Assembly: GCA_965219345.1 (NCBI GenBank)
Contig: OZ244732.1
Location: 1,664,001 to 1,728,000 of the forward strand
Origin: Nitrosopumilus sp.
GTDB taxonomy: Archaea; Thermoproteota; Nitrososphaeria; Nitrososphaerales; Nitrosopumilaceae
Length of the DNA: 64,000 nucleotides
Direction of reading: 5' to 3'
How positions within the stretch are numbered: position 1 is the stretch's first letter; the number at the start of each line of letters is the position of its first letter. Below, piece after piece: positions 20,545 to 31,920 of this stretch. The position numbers and the translations under genes are program-made. Under the pieces are notes generated by a model, which worked only from the letters and a program-made list of their open reading frames with translations, was not told the DNA's origin and did no database searches.

Positions 20545-20928
20545 CTAGAGATCAGCAGTAATTTTCTTTATTTTTGTAATTAATCTGATTTTGGTGTTAA
20601 TTGGCATCTCAGGTTCCATTGCAAAATAGACAATGTTTCTTTTTGTGTAAATTACCATCTGAGATACTTTTTCTCGTTCAACATGTACGTACCGTACTTT
20701 ACCGAGACTTTTGTTGAATTCTTGTCTCATTGCTTTTCTTTGTGCCACTTGTTTACAGAAATGTTCTTCCTCTTTTTGGGAGTCAAGGCTTGTTTTTCCG
20801 GCCTTCATTATCGCCTCTCGGATTTTGCCTTTTGTGTCAATTATTGCTGCAAATCTCATTTGTGAATCCAATTTGAGAATTTTCTGAACTATATCTAACA
20901 GATCAGGTTTTTTCTTTGCTACCAACAT
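20545..20928 (-). CDS. DUF6659/roadblock-like thaumarchaeal protein
   Basis: ILKLD..MRFAAII...G and F...LGKVRY..VEREKV pattern. Confidence 0.75.
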   Translation of the reverse strand: MLVAKKKPDLLDIVQKILKLDSQMRFAAIIDTKGKIREAIMKAGKTSLDSQKEEEHFCKQVAQRKAMRQEFNKSLGKVRYVHVEREKVSQMVIYTKRNIVYFAMEPEMPINTKIRLITKIKKITADL

Positions 20929-21027
20929 TAAATTCAAAAATTTCTGACTAAATATAAGCCATTGAAAGTGTCCCAAAAGGGGTTGGACAAAGTCACGGTT
21001 AAATTATTTTAAAAATACACAGATAGT

Positions 21028-21645
21028 ATGATAAACTCAATCTATCAGGTGCTTGAAGAGTTAGAAATACAATCAACCCTAGAGAAATCAAAGCAAGTCA
21101 ACATTCCTTCTGAAGACAGAATGCTTGCAATAACAAAAGAAACAGGAGAATTACTAAATATGATTTTACGGCTAAAGAATGCAAAAAATATACTTGAAGT
21201 AGGTATGTCAACAGGATATTCCACTATATGGTGTGCGGAAGCCATATCTGAGCAATCAGGTAAAATCATTACAATTGAACAAAATCAAAGCAAAATCAAA
21301 AGAGCAAAAGAGAATTTTCAGAAAGCGGGTGTAATGGATACAATCACTATAAAAAAAGGATTAGCGATGCAAATACTTACAGAATTGAATTTACAGCAAA
21401 GATTTAGGGATTTTTTTGATTTTGTGTTAATTGATGCAGATAAAGAGAATGTAATAGAATATTTTGATTTAATTTTTCCAATGGTTTCAGTTGGTGGAGT
21501 GATTATTACTGACAATATGCTATATCCTGAAAAGTTTAGAGAAGACATGAAAAAATTCTCAGACTATCTCAAAAAGAATCCTAACCTTAGGACTATAACA
21601 TCACCGATTGGAAATGGTGAAGAGATTACAATAAAGCTAAAATAG
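21028..21645 (+). CDS. SAM-dependent O-methyltransferase
   Basis: ILEVGMSTGYS, FDFVLIDADK, GGVIITDN motifs. Confidence 0.92.
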   Translation: MINSIYQVLEELEIQSTLEKSKQVNIPSEDRMLAITKETGELLNMILRLKNAKNILEVGMSTGYSTIWCAEAISEQSGKIITIEQNQSKIKRAKENFQKAGVMDTITIKKGLAMQILTELNLQQRFRDFFDFVLIDADKENVIEYFDLIFPMVSVGGVIITDNMLYPEKFREDMKKFSDYLKKNPNLRTITSPIGNGEEITIKLK

Positions 21646-21696
21646 TTATTTCCTGGCCTTTATGATTTTGTTCTTGTTATTTATTAATCAGAAATA

Positions 21697-21933
21697 ATGA
21701 GTTTTCATATGAAAGTAGGGATGTCAGTGATCATTATAGGGATAATCATGTTTGTTGCAGGGCTAGTATTTTTTTACTCCATCGAATTAGGTCAAACAGA
21801 TCCTATTTTTAGATTTATCAAGAATATAGGCACATTTATTGGCATTAGTGGAATGGGTGTTGTTCTGGCAGGAATTTTACTTCATCTTATAAATAAGAAC
21901 GAACCCCCCGTAAAAGAAAACTATGATTTCTAA
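21697..21933 (+). CDS. Small two-TM membrane protein
   Basis: Two hydrophobic helices. Confidence 0.7.
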   Translation: MSFHMKVGMSVIIIGIIMFVAGLVFFYSIELGQTDPIFRFIKNIGTFIGISGMGVVLAGILLHLINKNEPPVKENYDF

Positions 21934-21973
21934 AATTCCAAATTATTATAATACGGGAAATTAACGTTGATAA

Positions 21974-22399
21974 ATGCCTGAGAAGATCTGGGTTGGTGGA
22001 ATCTATCTTAAAGATGAAGGAGGGTATGAAATTGTTCTAAAATCTTTGAAGCACTACAAAAATAGATTAAAAACAATGGGCAACAGCCCAGAACTAAAAG
22101 ATGCAGGTGCAATGTTTGCACCAGTTTTACATCAACAAGCAATGAAAACAATTCTAAAAATTGATCAGATAATTCAAAAGATTCAAGACAATATGGAAGA
22201 TATTCAATCAGTTAACAAGATAAGTGAAGATGTTCCATTTTTAGAAAAAGCGTTGTTATGTTATGAAGCAGATATTCACAAGGCGGAAGATATAGGACAT
22301 GAATATTTTGTAAAACTTGTTGGAAATATAACAGAAGCAAAAGATGATCTAAATACTATCAAAAATGCACTGGAAAAAATAAATCAGTATTCAGAATAA
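21974..22399 (+). CDS. Hypothetical protein
   Basis: 141-aa ATG ORF. Confidence 0.7.
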   Translation: MPEKIWVGGIYLKDEGGYEIVLKSLKHYKNRLKTMGNSPELKDAGAMFAPVLHQQAMKTILKIDQIIQKIQDNMEDIQSVNKISEDVPFLEKALLCYEADIHKAEDIGHEYFVKLVGNITEAKDDLNTIKNALEKINQYSE

Positions 22400-22401
22400 T
22401 T

Positions 22402-22632
22402 TTACAGTCCTTGCAGATACCAGTCCAAGTATGGTCTTAAAGCATTACACAATTTTTTCCTTTCAGTCTCATCATTTATACCTAAAATCTTCTGGATTTT
22501 TCCCTGAAGATATTCTGAAATGAGTGCATTTTTGAATTCAGGTTTAATCTTACTTAGAATTTCAAGAATCTTCTCAGAAGGAGTATTCTCAAAATCATCC
22601 AAAGTCTGTTTAATTTGGTCTTCTAATAACAT
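22402..22632 (-). CDS. Hypothetical protein
   Basis: 76-aa ATG ORF. Confidence 0.65.
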   Translation of the reverse strand: MLLEDQIKQTLDDFENTPSEKILEILSKIKPEFKNALISEYLQGKIQKILGINDETERKKLCNALRPYLDWYLQGL

Positions 22633-22668
22633 AAGATTATTTGAAAAATGCCATTATTATTTGTAGAA

Positions 22669-22896
22669 TTAGAGAACATCCTCATCATCCCAGGTAAGAC
22701 GGAATTTCCCCGTAACTCTAAACATTTTGAACTTTCCGCCCTCCTTAAAATGCAGTTTATATAATTTGTGAGACGTGTCTTCTATTTCCAAACTAACGTC
22801 ATCCTTGATTGTTTGAAAAACTATAGGATCATTTGAAATTTGTTTCCACTCTTCTTCAGCAAAGTCCATGTAGAATTTAGTATACAGCAATCCCAT
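22669..22896 (-). CDS. Hypothetical protein
   Basis: 75-aa ATG ORF. Confidence 0.65.
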   Translation of the reverse strand: MGLLYTKFYMDFAEEEWKQISNDPIVFQTIKDDVSLEIEDTSHKLYKLHFKEGGKFKMFRVTGKFRLTWDDEDVL

Positions 22897-22938
22897 GAAT
22901 AGTGATAAATGGACCTGAATAAATAACTAGATGGAATA

Positions 22939-23517
22939 TTATCTCTCCATTGATCTTTTTGGCATGATAATTCCTAGATAGCTCAGAATAGCAGGTAAAA
23001 TTATCTCAAAGTCCCTGTCGTGTCTTATCGTTTCAAAAACCTGATAAATTAACTGCTGAATTGTCAGATGCTCATCTCTGTATAACGTTTTTTTTGGATT
23101 TTTTGATGAATCCAAAATAGTAAATCCATTATCTGTCTGCAATAGATTTTTTAGAAGAGAGCTTGCAATCGTTATCTTCTCATCTACATCCTTGTGTGGA
23201 TAGTCAGTCTCCAATCTTTTGATTTGTGATTTTAAATCATGAAAAGAGTTGTTTGTATTTCGTTCAATATGTTGTTGTGATTTTTGTTCATAATTTTCAG
23301 TTAGACGATAAAGCTTCATGTTCGCTTTAGTCTGCACAAAAATAATTTCTTTTTCTAGTAAAGAATCTCTTGTCTTCTCAAAAGTTGTTTTTGCCATAAA
23401 TTCAGGTACGATTAATTTTAGGAGTGCATTATGATGCAAATTTGGGTTATTTTTAATATTCTCAAGTAGTATCCTTTCACGCTCATATATCTCAAAGTTA
23501 GGCTCATGATGACTCAT
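22939..23517 (-). CDS. Hypothetical protein with N-terminal winged-helix-like region
   Basis: 192-aa ORF, architecture similar to 18820-19386. Confidence 0.7.
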   Translation of the reverse strand: MSHHEPNFEIYERERILLENIKNNPNLHHNALLKLIVPEFMAKTTFEKTRDSLLEKEIIFVQTKANMKLYRLTENYEQKSQQHIERNTNNSFHDLKSQIKRLETDYPHKDVDEKITIASSLLKNLLQTDNGFTILDSSKNPKKTLYRDEHLTIQQLIYQVFETIRHDRDFEIILPAILSYLGIIMPKRSMER

Positions 23518-23606
23518 TTTTACTAGGTCGACCCATTATAGGTGAGTTAACTATTAATCAGTTTCTATACAAGAAATTAGCTCAGAAAGTTGGATATGAA
23601 ATAAAG

Positions 23607-23900
23607 TTAGGAAAAGTCTTCAGGTGGTTTTTGGACGAAGATATTACAAACAAGCGCATCAGTTTTTGAATCTCTATATTGAACATTACATGATACAAAT
23701 TTTCCTTTTAATGCACGTTCTAGCTGAACTCGTGTGGTTTCTGCATATTGTGGATCATCAGGATTATCGATCTTTGCAATGATTATTTTTTCAGTCTTAC
23801 CATATTCGTCTTTGTTGTCTTTTCTTACATGACTAACAAGTAACTGAAAAGCATTATTTGTCAGAATCCCCATGACAGGACCACCGATACCATCACCCAT
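23607..23900 (-). CDS. Hypothetical protein with thermonuclease (SNase)-like OB pattern
   Basis: IIIAKIDNPD...LERALKGKFV.C.VQYRD resembles SNase IRL.GIDAPE...L..LL.GK.V....RD. Confidence 0.55.
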   Translation of the reverse strand: MGDGIGGPVMGILTNNAFQLLVSHVRKDNKDEYGKTEKIIIAKIDNPDDPQYAETTRVQLERALKGKFVSCNVQYRDSKTDALVCNIFVQKPPEDFS

Positions 23901-23926
23901 AATTTGTAAAATTTTTTGTTCTATAA

Positions 23927-24754
23927 TTACTTGGTGGCAATACTAATCTCAAAGTCAGGTACCAGATTCTTGTTTTTTGCCATCTCAAAGAGTTTTCTAA
24001 TGGATTCCTCGCCAGAATCTCCCATGTTAACAGTTACCTCATTAACATACATCTTTACAAATTTTTCAATCAAATCACGTGGCTTGCCTCTGGAATACTG
24101 CATTGCATAATCTAGTGCATCTGAAAGATGCTCTAATCCAAATTCTATTGATGTTTGAAGATGCTTATCAAATTTACAAATGGTCTCCATACCTAGATCT
24201 GTTCTCATCACATTGATTCCAAGTGGCACTGGCAATCCATTTGTTGTTTTGTCCCACCATTCCCCAACATCCAAAATCTTGACATTTCCTTCTTGCTCGT
24301 ACGATAACTGGGTCTCATGAATTACAAGTCCTACATCAACCTTGCCGCTTTTGACAGCTTTAGGAATATCACTAAAATTCATCTCTACATAATCAAATTT
24401 ACCAATCATTAGTTGTAACAGCAAGAATGCAGATGTCATTTTTCCTGGAATTGCAATCTTAGACTTTTTTATCTGGTCAATTGACATCTGTTGTTTTGCG
24501 GTAACTATTGGACCATAACCGATTCCAAAACTTCCACCGCTTCTCAGGATTGTGTATCCGTGGATATAGGCACATGCGTGGACTGAAACCGCAGTTACAT
24601 CGAGTTGCGGATCAGTTGCCTTACGATTTAACTTCTCAATATCTTCAATAACATGACTTACCGTAAAGTCTGGAGATGTAACTTTGTCTGTGAACATTCC
24701 ATAAAACATGAATGCGTCATCTGAATCAGGAGTGTGTCCCACAGAAATTTCCAT
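23927..24754 (-). CDS. mqnD: 1,4-dihydroxy-6-naphthoate synthase (futalosine pathway)
   Basis: HTPDSDDAFMFY, GYGP, IAIPG..TSA, IHE, PVPLG, MYVN motifs. Confidence 0.9.
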   Translation of the reverse strand: MEISVGHTPDSDDAFMFYGMFTDKVTSPDFTVSHVIEDIEKLNRKATDPQLDVTAVSVHACAYIHGYTILRSGGSFGIGYGPIVTAKQQMSIDQIKKSKIAIPGKMTSAFLLLQLMIGKFDYVEMNFSDIPKAVKSGKVDVGLVIHETQLSYEQEGNVKILDVGEWWDKTTNGLPVPLGINVMRTDLGMETICKFDKHLQTSIEFGLEHLSDALDYAMQYSRGKPRDLIEKFVKMYVNEVTVNMGDSGEESIRKLFEMAKNKNLVPDFEISIATK

Positions 24755-24837
24755 GACTGTTTGCTGAAAGGTCGTAATAAAAACCAAAACTTAGGTTGAA
24801 CCGTTTTTCTAATATATGTCCAAAATCATTTGATGTT

Positions 24838-25743
24838 ATGAATACAATTGAGGCATATGAAAAAGACATTGAACTTCAATTAGATTTTTTAAAATCATTT
24901 AGAAAACAAAGACTACTATCTCATAGTCAGCAAAAAAATACTATCTTTTCAGGTAGTGGTGATTCTTTAGCATCTGCAATGCTAGCTGAATCGTTTTCAG
25001 AGGGGGTGGTAAAAGCAATGGATCCATTAGATATTTACAGAAATAAACAATTGGTCAAATCTAAACATGTCTACTTTGTATCAATATCTGGAAACACAAT
25101 CACAAACGTAAAGGTAGCAAAGATTGCAAAAAGAGCTACTGCAATCACCTCAAAGTCTAAAAGTAGGTTGGCTGATGCTTCTGATGAAACTATTCTCCTT
25201 ACTTCTCCAAATAATGAAATCTTTACTGCCGGAAGCATTTCATTTTTGGAAAGTGCTTTAACATGTATTTCTTTAGTTAAGAAGATAACAATTCCACAAA
25301 ACTCTAAAATATTTTCAAAGGCAAAGGCGGATGCAAAAAAATTTAGAATAACAAAAAGGATATTCATTCTTGGGAATCTGTTTACATTTCCATTGGCAAT
25401 GTATTGTGCCGCAAAGTTTTATGAAATTCTAGGTTATGACGCCCATTATTGTAAATTAGAACAGTTTTCTCACATGGAGTTGTTTTCAATTCACAAAGGG
25501 GATACTGTCATTATCTTTGAGGAGAAAAACTCTTACAATAAACATCTTGAAAAAAATCTCAAGAAAATAGGCGTGAATATAATTCATCCAAGCATACCAT
25601 CCTCAAAGATCTCTCAAATGATTTACTGTATATTTTTTTCTCAACTACTTGCCCTTTTTGAGGGAAAAAAGAAAAGGAAAAAAGAATGTCATTTTGTTAC
25701 AGCAAAAAAGATTCACAATGTTAGCAACCAAATGATCTATTGA
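24838..25743 (+). CDS. SIS-domain sugar isomerase
   Basis: FSGSGDS, SISGNT, AKFYE, EQFSH motifs. Confidence 0.85.
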   Translation: MNTIEAYEKDIELQLDFLKSFRKQRLLSHSQQKNTIFSGSGDSLASAMLAESFSEGVVKAMDPLDIYRNKQLVKSKHVYFVSISGNTITNVKVAKIAKRATAITSKSKSRLADASDETILLTSPNNEIFTAGSISFLESALTCISLVKKITIPQNSKIFSKAKADAKKFRITKRIFILGNLFTFPLAMYCAAKFYEILGYDAHYCKLEQFSHMELFSIHKGDTVIIFEEKNSYNKHLEKNLKKIGVNIIHPSIPSSKISQMIYCIFFSQLLALFEGKKKRKKECHFVTAKKIHNVSNQMIY

Positions 25744-25791
25744 TCTTTTCCTAGGCTAAGGTTTAATAGCTGATTACTGGGGTTTGCGAAT

Positions 25792-27984
25792 ATGGTAAAA
25801 TACAAGTCAACAGGTGAGGTTTTAAAAATCATCAAGAACAAGGACCAGATCCGTAACTTCGGTGTTATTGCTCACGTTGACCATGGAAAAACTACTATGA
25901 GCGATAGTCTCTTAGCGTACTCTGGGATTATTGCTCCATCTGCTGCCGGAAAGGCATTGGCAATGGACTTTGATAAAGAGGAGCAGGAAAGAGGAATTAC
26001 AATTTATCAGGCAAATGTTACTTTACACTTTTCTCAGAAAGACAAAGAATACGTCATTAACATGATTGATACTCCTGGACACGTAGATTTCAGTGGAAGA
26101 GTAATTCGTAGTCTTAGGGCAATAGACGGTGCAGTTGTAGTTTGCGATGCAGTGGAAGGAATCATGACTCAGACTGAAACTGTAACCAGGATGGCACTTG
26201 AAGAGAGAGTAAGACCGGTTTTATTTATCAACAAAGTTGACAGACTCATCAAAGAACTCAGATTGACTCCTGAGAAGATGCAACAACAACTAGCTGAAGT
26301 TGTTTCTGACTTTAACCAATTAATTGACACATATGCAGAACCTGAATACAAAGAAAAATGGAAAGTATCAATTCAGGATGCAAGTGTTACATTTGGTTCT
26401 GCAAAGGACAGATGGGCAATCAACATTGATTTGATGAAGGAGAAAGGACTTACATTCAAAGATGTCATTGATGCTTATCAAAGTGAAAAAGTTCCAGATC
26501 TTGTAGAGAAAGCACCATTAGCCGAGGCCATACTTGGCATGGTTGTAAAACATCATCCTCCACCCCATGAGGCGGTAAAATATAGAATTCCACAAATCTG
26601 GAAAGGTGATTTAGATTCTGATGTTGGAAAGGCATTACTTGCTTGCAGTGATGATGGTCCGACAATTATGATGATTGTAAATATGGTGTTAGATCCTGCA
26701 GCAGGACCTGTTGCAATAGGTAGATTATTCTCTGGTAAAATCATAGATGGGCAAACAATCAATATTATTGATGAGAAAAGAGAGGGAAGAATTCAATCCG
26801 TAAACTTTTTCATGGGAAACCAAAGAGAACAAGTAGGTGAGCTTGGAGCAGGAAACATACCAGCATTATTAGGATTAACTGATGCCAGAGCAGGAAACAC
26901 TCTATCTTCTGTCAAAGGCATTCAAATGTTTGAAGGAGTAAAATACGTTTCAGAACCTGTAGTTCAAATCGCAATTGAACCAAAACATCCTAAAGACTTA
27001 CCTAAACTAGTTGAATTTCTAAAACAATTAACAATTGAAGACCCAAACCTTATCGTAAAAATTGATCAGGAAAGTGGTGAAACTATCATTGCAGGAATGG
27101 GTGTATTACATCTTGATGTTGCAATTCATCGTATACAAGATGCCAAACTTGAGATTATTACTTCCGAGCCTTTGATCAACTATAGAGAAACTGTAAAAGG
27201 TACCTGTGAACCAATCATGTCAAAGTCTCCTAATAGACACAACAAGATCTTCATGAAAGTAGGGCCATTGGAGCCAGAGATTGCAAACATGCTTAGAACT
27301 GGTGAAATCAGCGACATGAAAGACAAGAAGTTTGTTGCAGACAAGCTAAAAGAGGTAGGATGGGATACTGACACAATTAAGAGAGTTATGAAACTTGATT
27401 CACGTGGAAATGTTTTGATTAATGGAACAAAAGGGGTTCAGTTTGTCCAAGAGTCAACTGACTCCATTAATACCGGTTTTGATGAGGTAATGAAAGAAGG
27501 CCCACTCTGTAGAGAACAGATGAGAGATTGCAAATTTATCTTTACTCACTTCGTTCCACATGAAGATACAGCTCACAGAGGTCTCTCTCAACTTGGTCCA
27601 GCTTCTCGTCGAGCATGTATGGGGGCATTACTAACAGCTGGCACTACAGTTTTAGAACCAACTTTAGCTATTGAGGTTCGAGTTCCAACCGACTTGGTTG
27701 GAAACGTTGCAACTGTTCTTTCTGGTAAACGTGGTAAAGTCCTTGACATGTCACAAAAAGGTGCATCAAGTATCGTTATAGGTGAAATTCCAGCTTCTGA
27801 AACATTTACTTTATCTGAAGCAATGAGAGGTCAAACTGCAGGACGTGCAACATGGAATACATCATTTAAACAATGGACTGAAGTTCCAAAATCATTATTC
27901 CAGACAGCAATAGCTGATATTAGAAAAAGAAAAGGATTGGCTCCAGATCCACCACGTATAAACGACTTTATCGATAAAGATTAG
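25792..27984 (+). CDS. fusA: Archaeal translation elongation factor EF-2
   Basis: AHVDHGKTT, ERGITI, DTPGHVDF, NKVD, HEDTAHRG (diphthamide His). Confidence 0.98.
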   Translation: MVKYKSTGEVLKIIKNKDQIRNFGVIAHVDHGKTTMSDSLLAYSGIIAPSAAGKALAMDFDKEEQERGITIYQANVTLHFSQKDKEYVINMIDTPGHVDFSGRVIRSLRAIDGAVVVCDAVEGIMTQTETVTRMALEERVRPVLFINKVDRLIKELRLTPEKMQQQLAEVVSDFNQLIDTYAEPEYKEKWKVSIQDASVTFGSAKDRWAINIDLMKEKGLTFKDVIDAYQSEKVPDLVEKAPLAEAILGMVVKHHPPPHEAVKYRIPQIWKGDLDSDVGKALLACSDDGPTIMMIVNMVLDPAAGPVAIGRLFSGKIIDGQTINIIDEKREGRIQSVNFFMGNQREQVGELGAGNIPALLGLTDARAGNTLSSVKGIQMFEGVKYVSEPVVQIAIEPKHPKDLPKLVEFLKQLTIEDPNLIVKIDQESGETIIAGMGVLHLDVAIHRIQDAKLEIITSEPLINYRETVKGTCEPIMSKSPNRHNKIFMKVGPLEPEIANMLRTGEISDMKDKKFVADKLKEVGWDTDTIKRVMKLDSRGNVLINGTKGVQFVQESTDSINTGFDEVMKEGPLCREQMRDCKFIFTHFVPHEDTAHRGLSQLGPASRRACMGALLTAGTTVLEPTLAIEVRVPTDLVGNVATVLSGKRGKVLDMSQKGASSIVIGEIPASETFTLSEAMRGQTAGRATWNTSFKQWTEVPKSLFQTAIADIRKRKGLAPDPPRINDFIDKD

Positions 27985-28341
27985 AAATAGAATTACTTGG
28001 ATTCAAAAATCCTTGGTTGATAAAAAAACAGAGGTATGATTTGTTGGAAAATTATTTTATTTATATTTGAACAAGAAATTTAAAGAAAGAAAGAAACACA
28101 CCAAGACAATCAATCCTTGAGAGGGGCATGGATAATCTTATTTTGATTATGTTACCAACTTTCTCTGATTTCTTTATGAATGAGATTAATAAGTCAATCT
28201 TGGTTAATGCGATCATACAATTTGGTTTAGTTTTTTTGTGTGCGATCATCACTCTAAATAACTTTAAGATTTTGTTAGATAAAATTAAAAAATGTGAGTA
28301 ATTTAGATTAAAAAACTATTAAGAAATTTAGCCTAAAATTT

Positions 28342-28470
28342 TTAGTTACGATGTTTTTGCAAACATTCTTTGCAATACACCGGTCTGTCGGGTGTCGGTT
28401 CAAAAGGTACTTCTGAATCTGTGCCACAATCAGAGCACTTGATAGGGTGCATTTTTCGTTCTTCTGACAT
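28342..28470 (-). CDS. CxxC-x17-CxxC domain microprotein, 42 aa (not in ORF track)
   Basis: MSEERKMHPIKCSDCGTDSEVPFEPTPDRPVYCKECLQKHRN. Confidence 0.88.
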   Translation of the reverse strand: MSEERKMHPIKCSDCGTDSEVPFEPTPDRPVYCKECLQKHRN

Positions 28471-28661
28471 AATTTTCCAGAATTTCTTAACTATAAGAAG
28501 GGTCCTATTTTTGTAAAAAGTTTCATTAATTCATCTAATTAATTTTTTCAAGGAAAAGATAACAGTATTTAAGATGAAAAGCCAGAATAATATTTGGTAT
28601 CTCATATGTCATTGTGCCATCATTTTAAAAATTCGATTATTTCTGGAGGGTATTACAAAAA

Positions 28662-29582
28662 TTATACTTTCAATTTGGATGCTAATCCTTCCTTTAATCC
28701 CTTGTAACGATTTCTTATGGTAACTTCAGTAACTCCTGCAGCTTCTGCTAGGTCTCGTTGAGTGATAGATACCCCATTTTGGACACAAGATAAGTATAGT
28801 GCAGTTGCTGCAAGACCCATTGGATCCTTTCCAGCTGATTCTTTACGGTCTTGTGCATCTTGGAGTACTTTGATTGCATATCGTTTTGTTTTTTCTGTGA
28901 TCTTTAGTTTACTTGAAATTCTTGCAATACATTGAATTGAATCCACAACAGGCATCTTCAACTCTAATTCATTATGCAATAATCTATAACATCTTGAAAT
29001 ATCTTTTCGTTTAACATTTGCAGCATCAGCAATATCTTTTAGGGTTCTAGGTGTTTCGGTATCTCTGCAAGCAGCATAAAGTGATGCAGCAATCATTGCA
29101 GAGATAGATCTTCCACGAACAAGTTTTTTCTCCAATGCCTTTCTGTAAAGATAAGCAGCCTTTTCAAGGACATTTGCAGAAATTGCAACCTTGTCTTTTA
29201 GCTTATTTAATTCACTGAGAGCTTGTCTCAAATTTCGATCAACAGGTTCATGAACTTGGCTTCTATTGTCCCAAGTTCTGAGTCTTTCAATAGTGCTTTT
29301 CATTGAAGCAGTAAGAGGTTTTCCCGTCGCATCTCTATTTTGAGGATTAATAACTGTAGATAATCCCATGTCGTGAATTGTAAGTGATGATGGTGCACCA
29401 GTTCTTGCTGGATCTGAGCCACCATCTTTTTGAAAAGATCTCCATTCTGGGCCTGATGCTTGTAACTTTTCGGAAATTACAAAACCACACTTAGCACAAA
29501 ACTGTTCCCCAGTATCTTCATCTGTCAATAATGAGTTTTTTCCACAACGTAGACAATTAGAATTTGACTTGAAAGTTACCAT
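28662..29582 (-). CDS. tfb: Transcription initiation factor IIB (one of several paralogues expected)
   Basis: Zn ribbon CLRC..CAKC, GPEWR, RTG, two cyclin repeats, GVTEVTIRNRY. Confidence 0.97.
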   Translation of the reverse strand: MVTFKSNSNCLRCGKNSLLTDEDTGEQFCAKCGFVISEKLQASGPEWRSFQKDGGSDPARTGAPSSLTIHDMGLSTVINPQNRDATGKPLTASMKSTIERLRTWDNRSQVHEPVDRNLRQALSELNKLKDKVAISANVLEKAAYLYRKALEKKLVRGRSISAMIAASLYAACRDTETPRTLKDIADAANVKRKDISRCYRLLHNELELKMPVVDSIQCIARISSKLKITEKTKRYAIKVLQDAQDRKESAGKDPMGLAATALYLSCVQNGVSITQRDLAEAAGVTEVTIRNRYKGLKEGLASKLKV

Positions 29583-29846
29583 GTAAACTATAAAGTTATC
29601 TCAGATGACTAATTTAAACGAGTAGTATATCATCTAATTTATTCATACAAAATAAGAAAGTTATTGGTTAATCAAGAAATTATCATCTCAGATTGAATTC
29701 TAGATTTCCTGTTTTACAATTCATCATAAATGAAATATCAAAAAATACCATACAGGAATAATTTGAGCCTGTAAGTGTCAGTGTTTTAATTACAAATACG
29801 ATCAGACTTTTATGATATTATTATAATAATTCATTGAGAGTGGGCA

Positions 29847-31835
29847 TTGGTGCATGTAGCAATTCTATTATTAGTTGTCCCAGTCTGGAGTATCACAATT
29901 TCTGGAATTAGTCAAAGTTTTGCTGAAGAAGGCGGGATTCTTGATTGGGTAAAGACAGCTCTGATTTTATGGTCTGAAGATGAAATAACAAATGTAGAAT
30001 TTGTTAAAACAATAGATTATCTATCGTCAAAAGGAATTGTAACAATTTCGTCCACTAATGATAAAGAAGTTCAAAGGCAACTCGAGTATTTAAAAGCGAA
30101 AAGTGAAGTACCCCAAGAAGAAGTAAAGGAACTTCGTGACGAAAACAAGGAATATAGAATTTTACTCAAGAGTCAAGAAATAAGTGAACCAATCAAGAGT
30201 TCAGCATCATTTACAAAATGAGAATACTCTATTCAGAAATGACATGATGTTCATACAAGACCAAAACACATCAGAACGTAAATCACTCATAAGACAACTT
30301 GAGAGTAAGAAAAACAATCAACAGACGATCATAACTTCAATGAATGTAGAAATTGAAGAGTCAAATGATCTAATAAACACACTCAATTCAAAGATTGTAG
30401 TTTATCAAAAACAAATTAGTTTAATGGAACAAGAAGGAGTACAGTACAAAAATGAGATTACTACGTTAAGGATAGAAAACAATGACCAACAAGATTCGTT
30501 AAGCATTACAAGCAATACAGTTGATGAAGACATTAGTATGATAAATCCATTAACTGAGGAAAATAAAAGACATCAAAATATAATTAATGAACTCAAACAG
30601 GAAAACAAACTATTAGAAAAGAAAACTAGTTTTACAATAAATGAAAATGTAGATAATTTTATCTTGATTACTGAAATTGAATCTGAAAACAATGAGATGA
30701 AAAAGCAAATCGAATTATTGCAATCTCAAATTAAACAAAAACGCGAACAAATTGAAACTTTGAAGAATGGCCAAATACAAAAAGATAATGAAATTTCACA
30801 GATTCAGGCACAAAAATTACAGGTTTTACAGTCAACAAACAATCTAGGTGAGATAGAAAACCTATCAAATCAAAATGATATGTATCTTGTAGAACTAAAC
30901 TATCTGAAAGCAAAGAACCTTGTTAATGATGAAGAAATAAAAACTCTAAGAGGAGAAAATGAAGAATATAGAGTATTACACAATCTCTTAAAGAAAGGAC
31001 AGGACTCAGTTACAGGAATTGATAATGTAAACTATGATTCTATGAATGATATGCAGTACAGGGTGTTGTAATGTACGGAACAACTAGAATGGAAAAGAGT
31101 TTGCCTGATGATTGGATTGCAAAAGTAAATAATTCTAAAGAATACTCAATATACATCGAACCAACATCCAAGTGTTCAAATGATGTTTTGCCTGAAGTAC
31201 ACAAAGCATTGGAGTTTTGGAACCAAGTAGATGGTGTACAATTTGAAATTATTGATGCACCATCATTTGGAATTATTTCTATTGCGTGGGAAAAAGAATT
31301 ACGAAATGGTTATGATGGATATGTTTTGGGCCAAACAAATGTATCTATTGGACTTGGAAGTAATGATTGCGATAGTAACTGGAAAGCATATAATACTGAA
31401 TCAGTAAGAAATATTTTGATCCATAAAATTGATCATACTGTTGGGTTAGATCATGCAGTTAGCAAATCAAACATTATGTATCCATTGATTCATGACGCAA
31501 AGTTTACAGCAATTGAACAATCATTTACTATCCCACAAAACGATTCAATATTCATCAAGGGATGTTCGTTTAGCGCTGATCCATCATATAAATATCAAGT
31601 AGAAGTGAATGATTCAAAAAAGATGGATGTCTTCTTTGTACCATCAATGGAGGAGAAATACAAAGTTGATTCTGGAGATTCGTTCAACTATTATTCTGAT
31701 ATCAGTTGCCTTGGAATAGATAAATCATTCAAAATGGGAGTCTGTAAAGAAATAGCTGATTCTGGTGGAATGTTGATAATTAATTCAGATAATGAAGGTA
31801 CAATTTTACTCAAAGTGTATCTAGAAGAGCAATAG
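29847..31835 (+). pseudogene. Fragmented secreted coiled-coil protein with C-terminal matrixin-like metalloprotease domain
   Basis: Three abutting ORFs; signal peptide plus a WVK..A..WSE..I...EF...IDYL...GI surface-protein motif; zinc motif reads HKIDHTVGLDH instead of HExxHxxGxxH; Met-turn IMYP. Confidence 0.7.
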
Positions 31836-31920
31836 TCCAAATTCTTCTAAATTAAAAAATTGAGAGATAAAAAATTAAGGAAAATAGATAATATATGATA
31901 AAACCCAAACATAGTCAGAA

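Noticed and set aside
28061-28252. 63-aa minus-strand ORF downstream of EF-2
   Set aside because: No motif, low-complexity AT-rich sequence; cannot be supported as a gene
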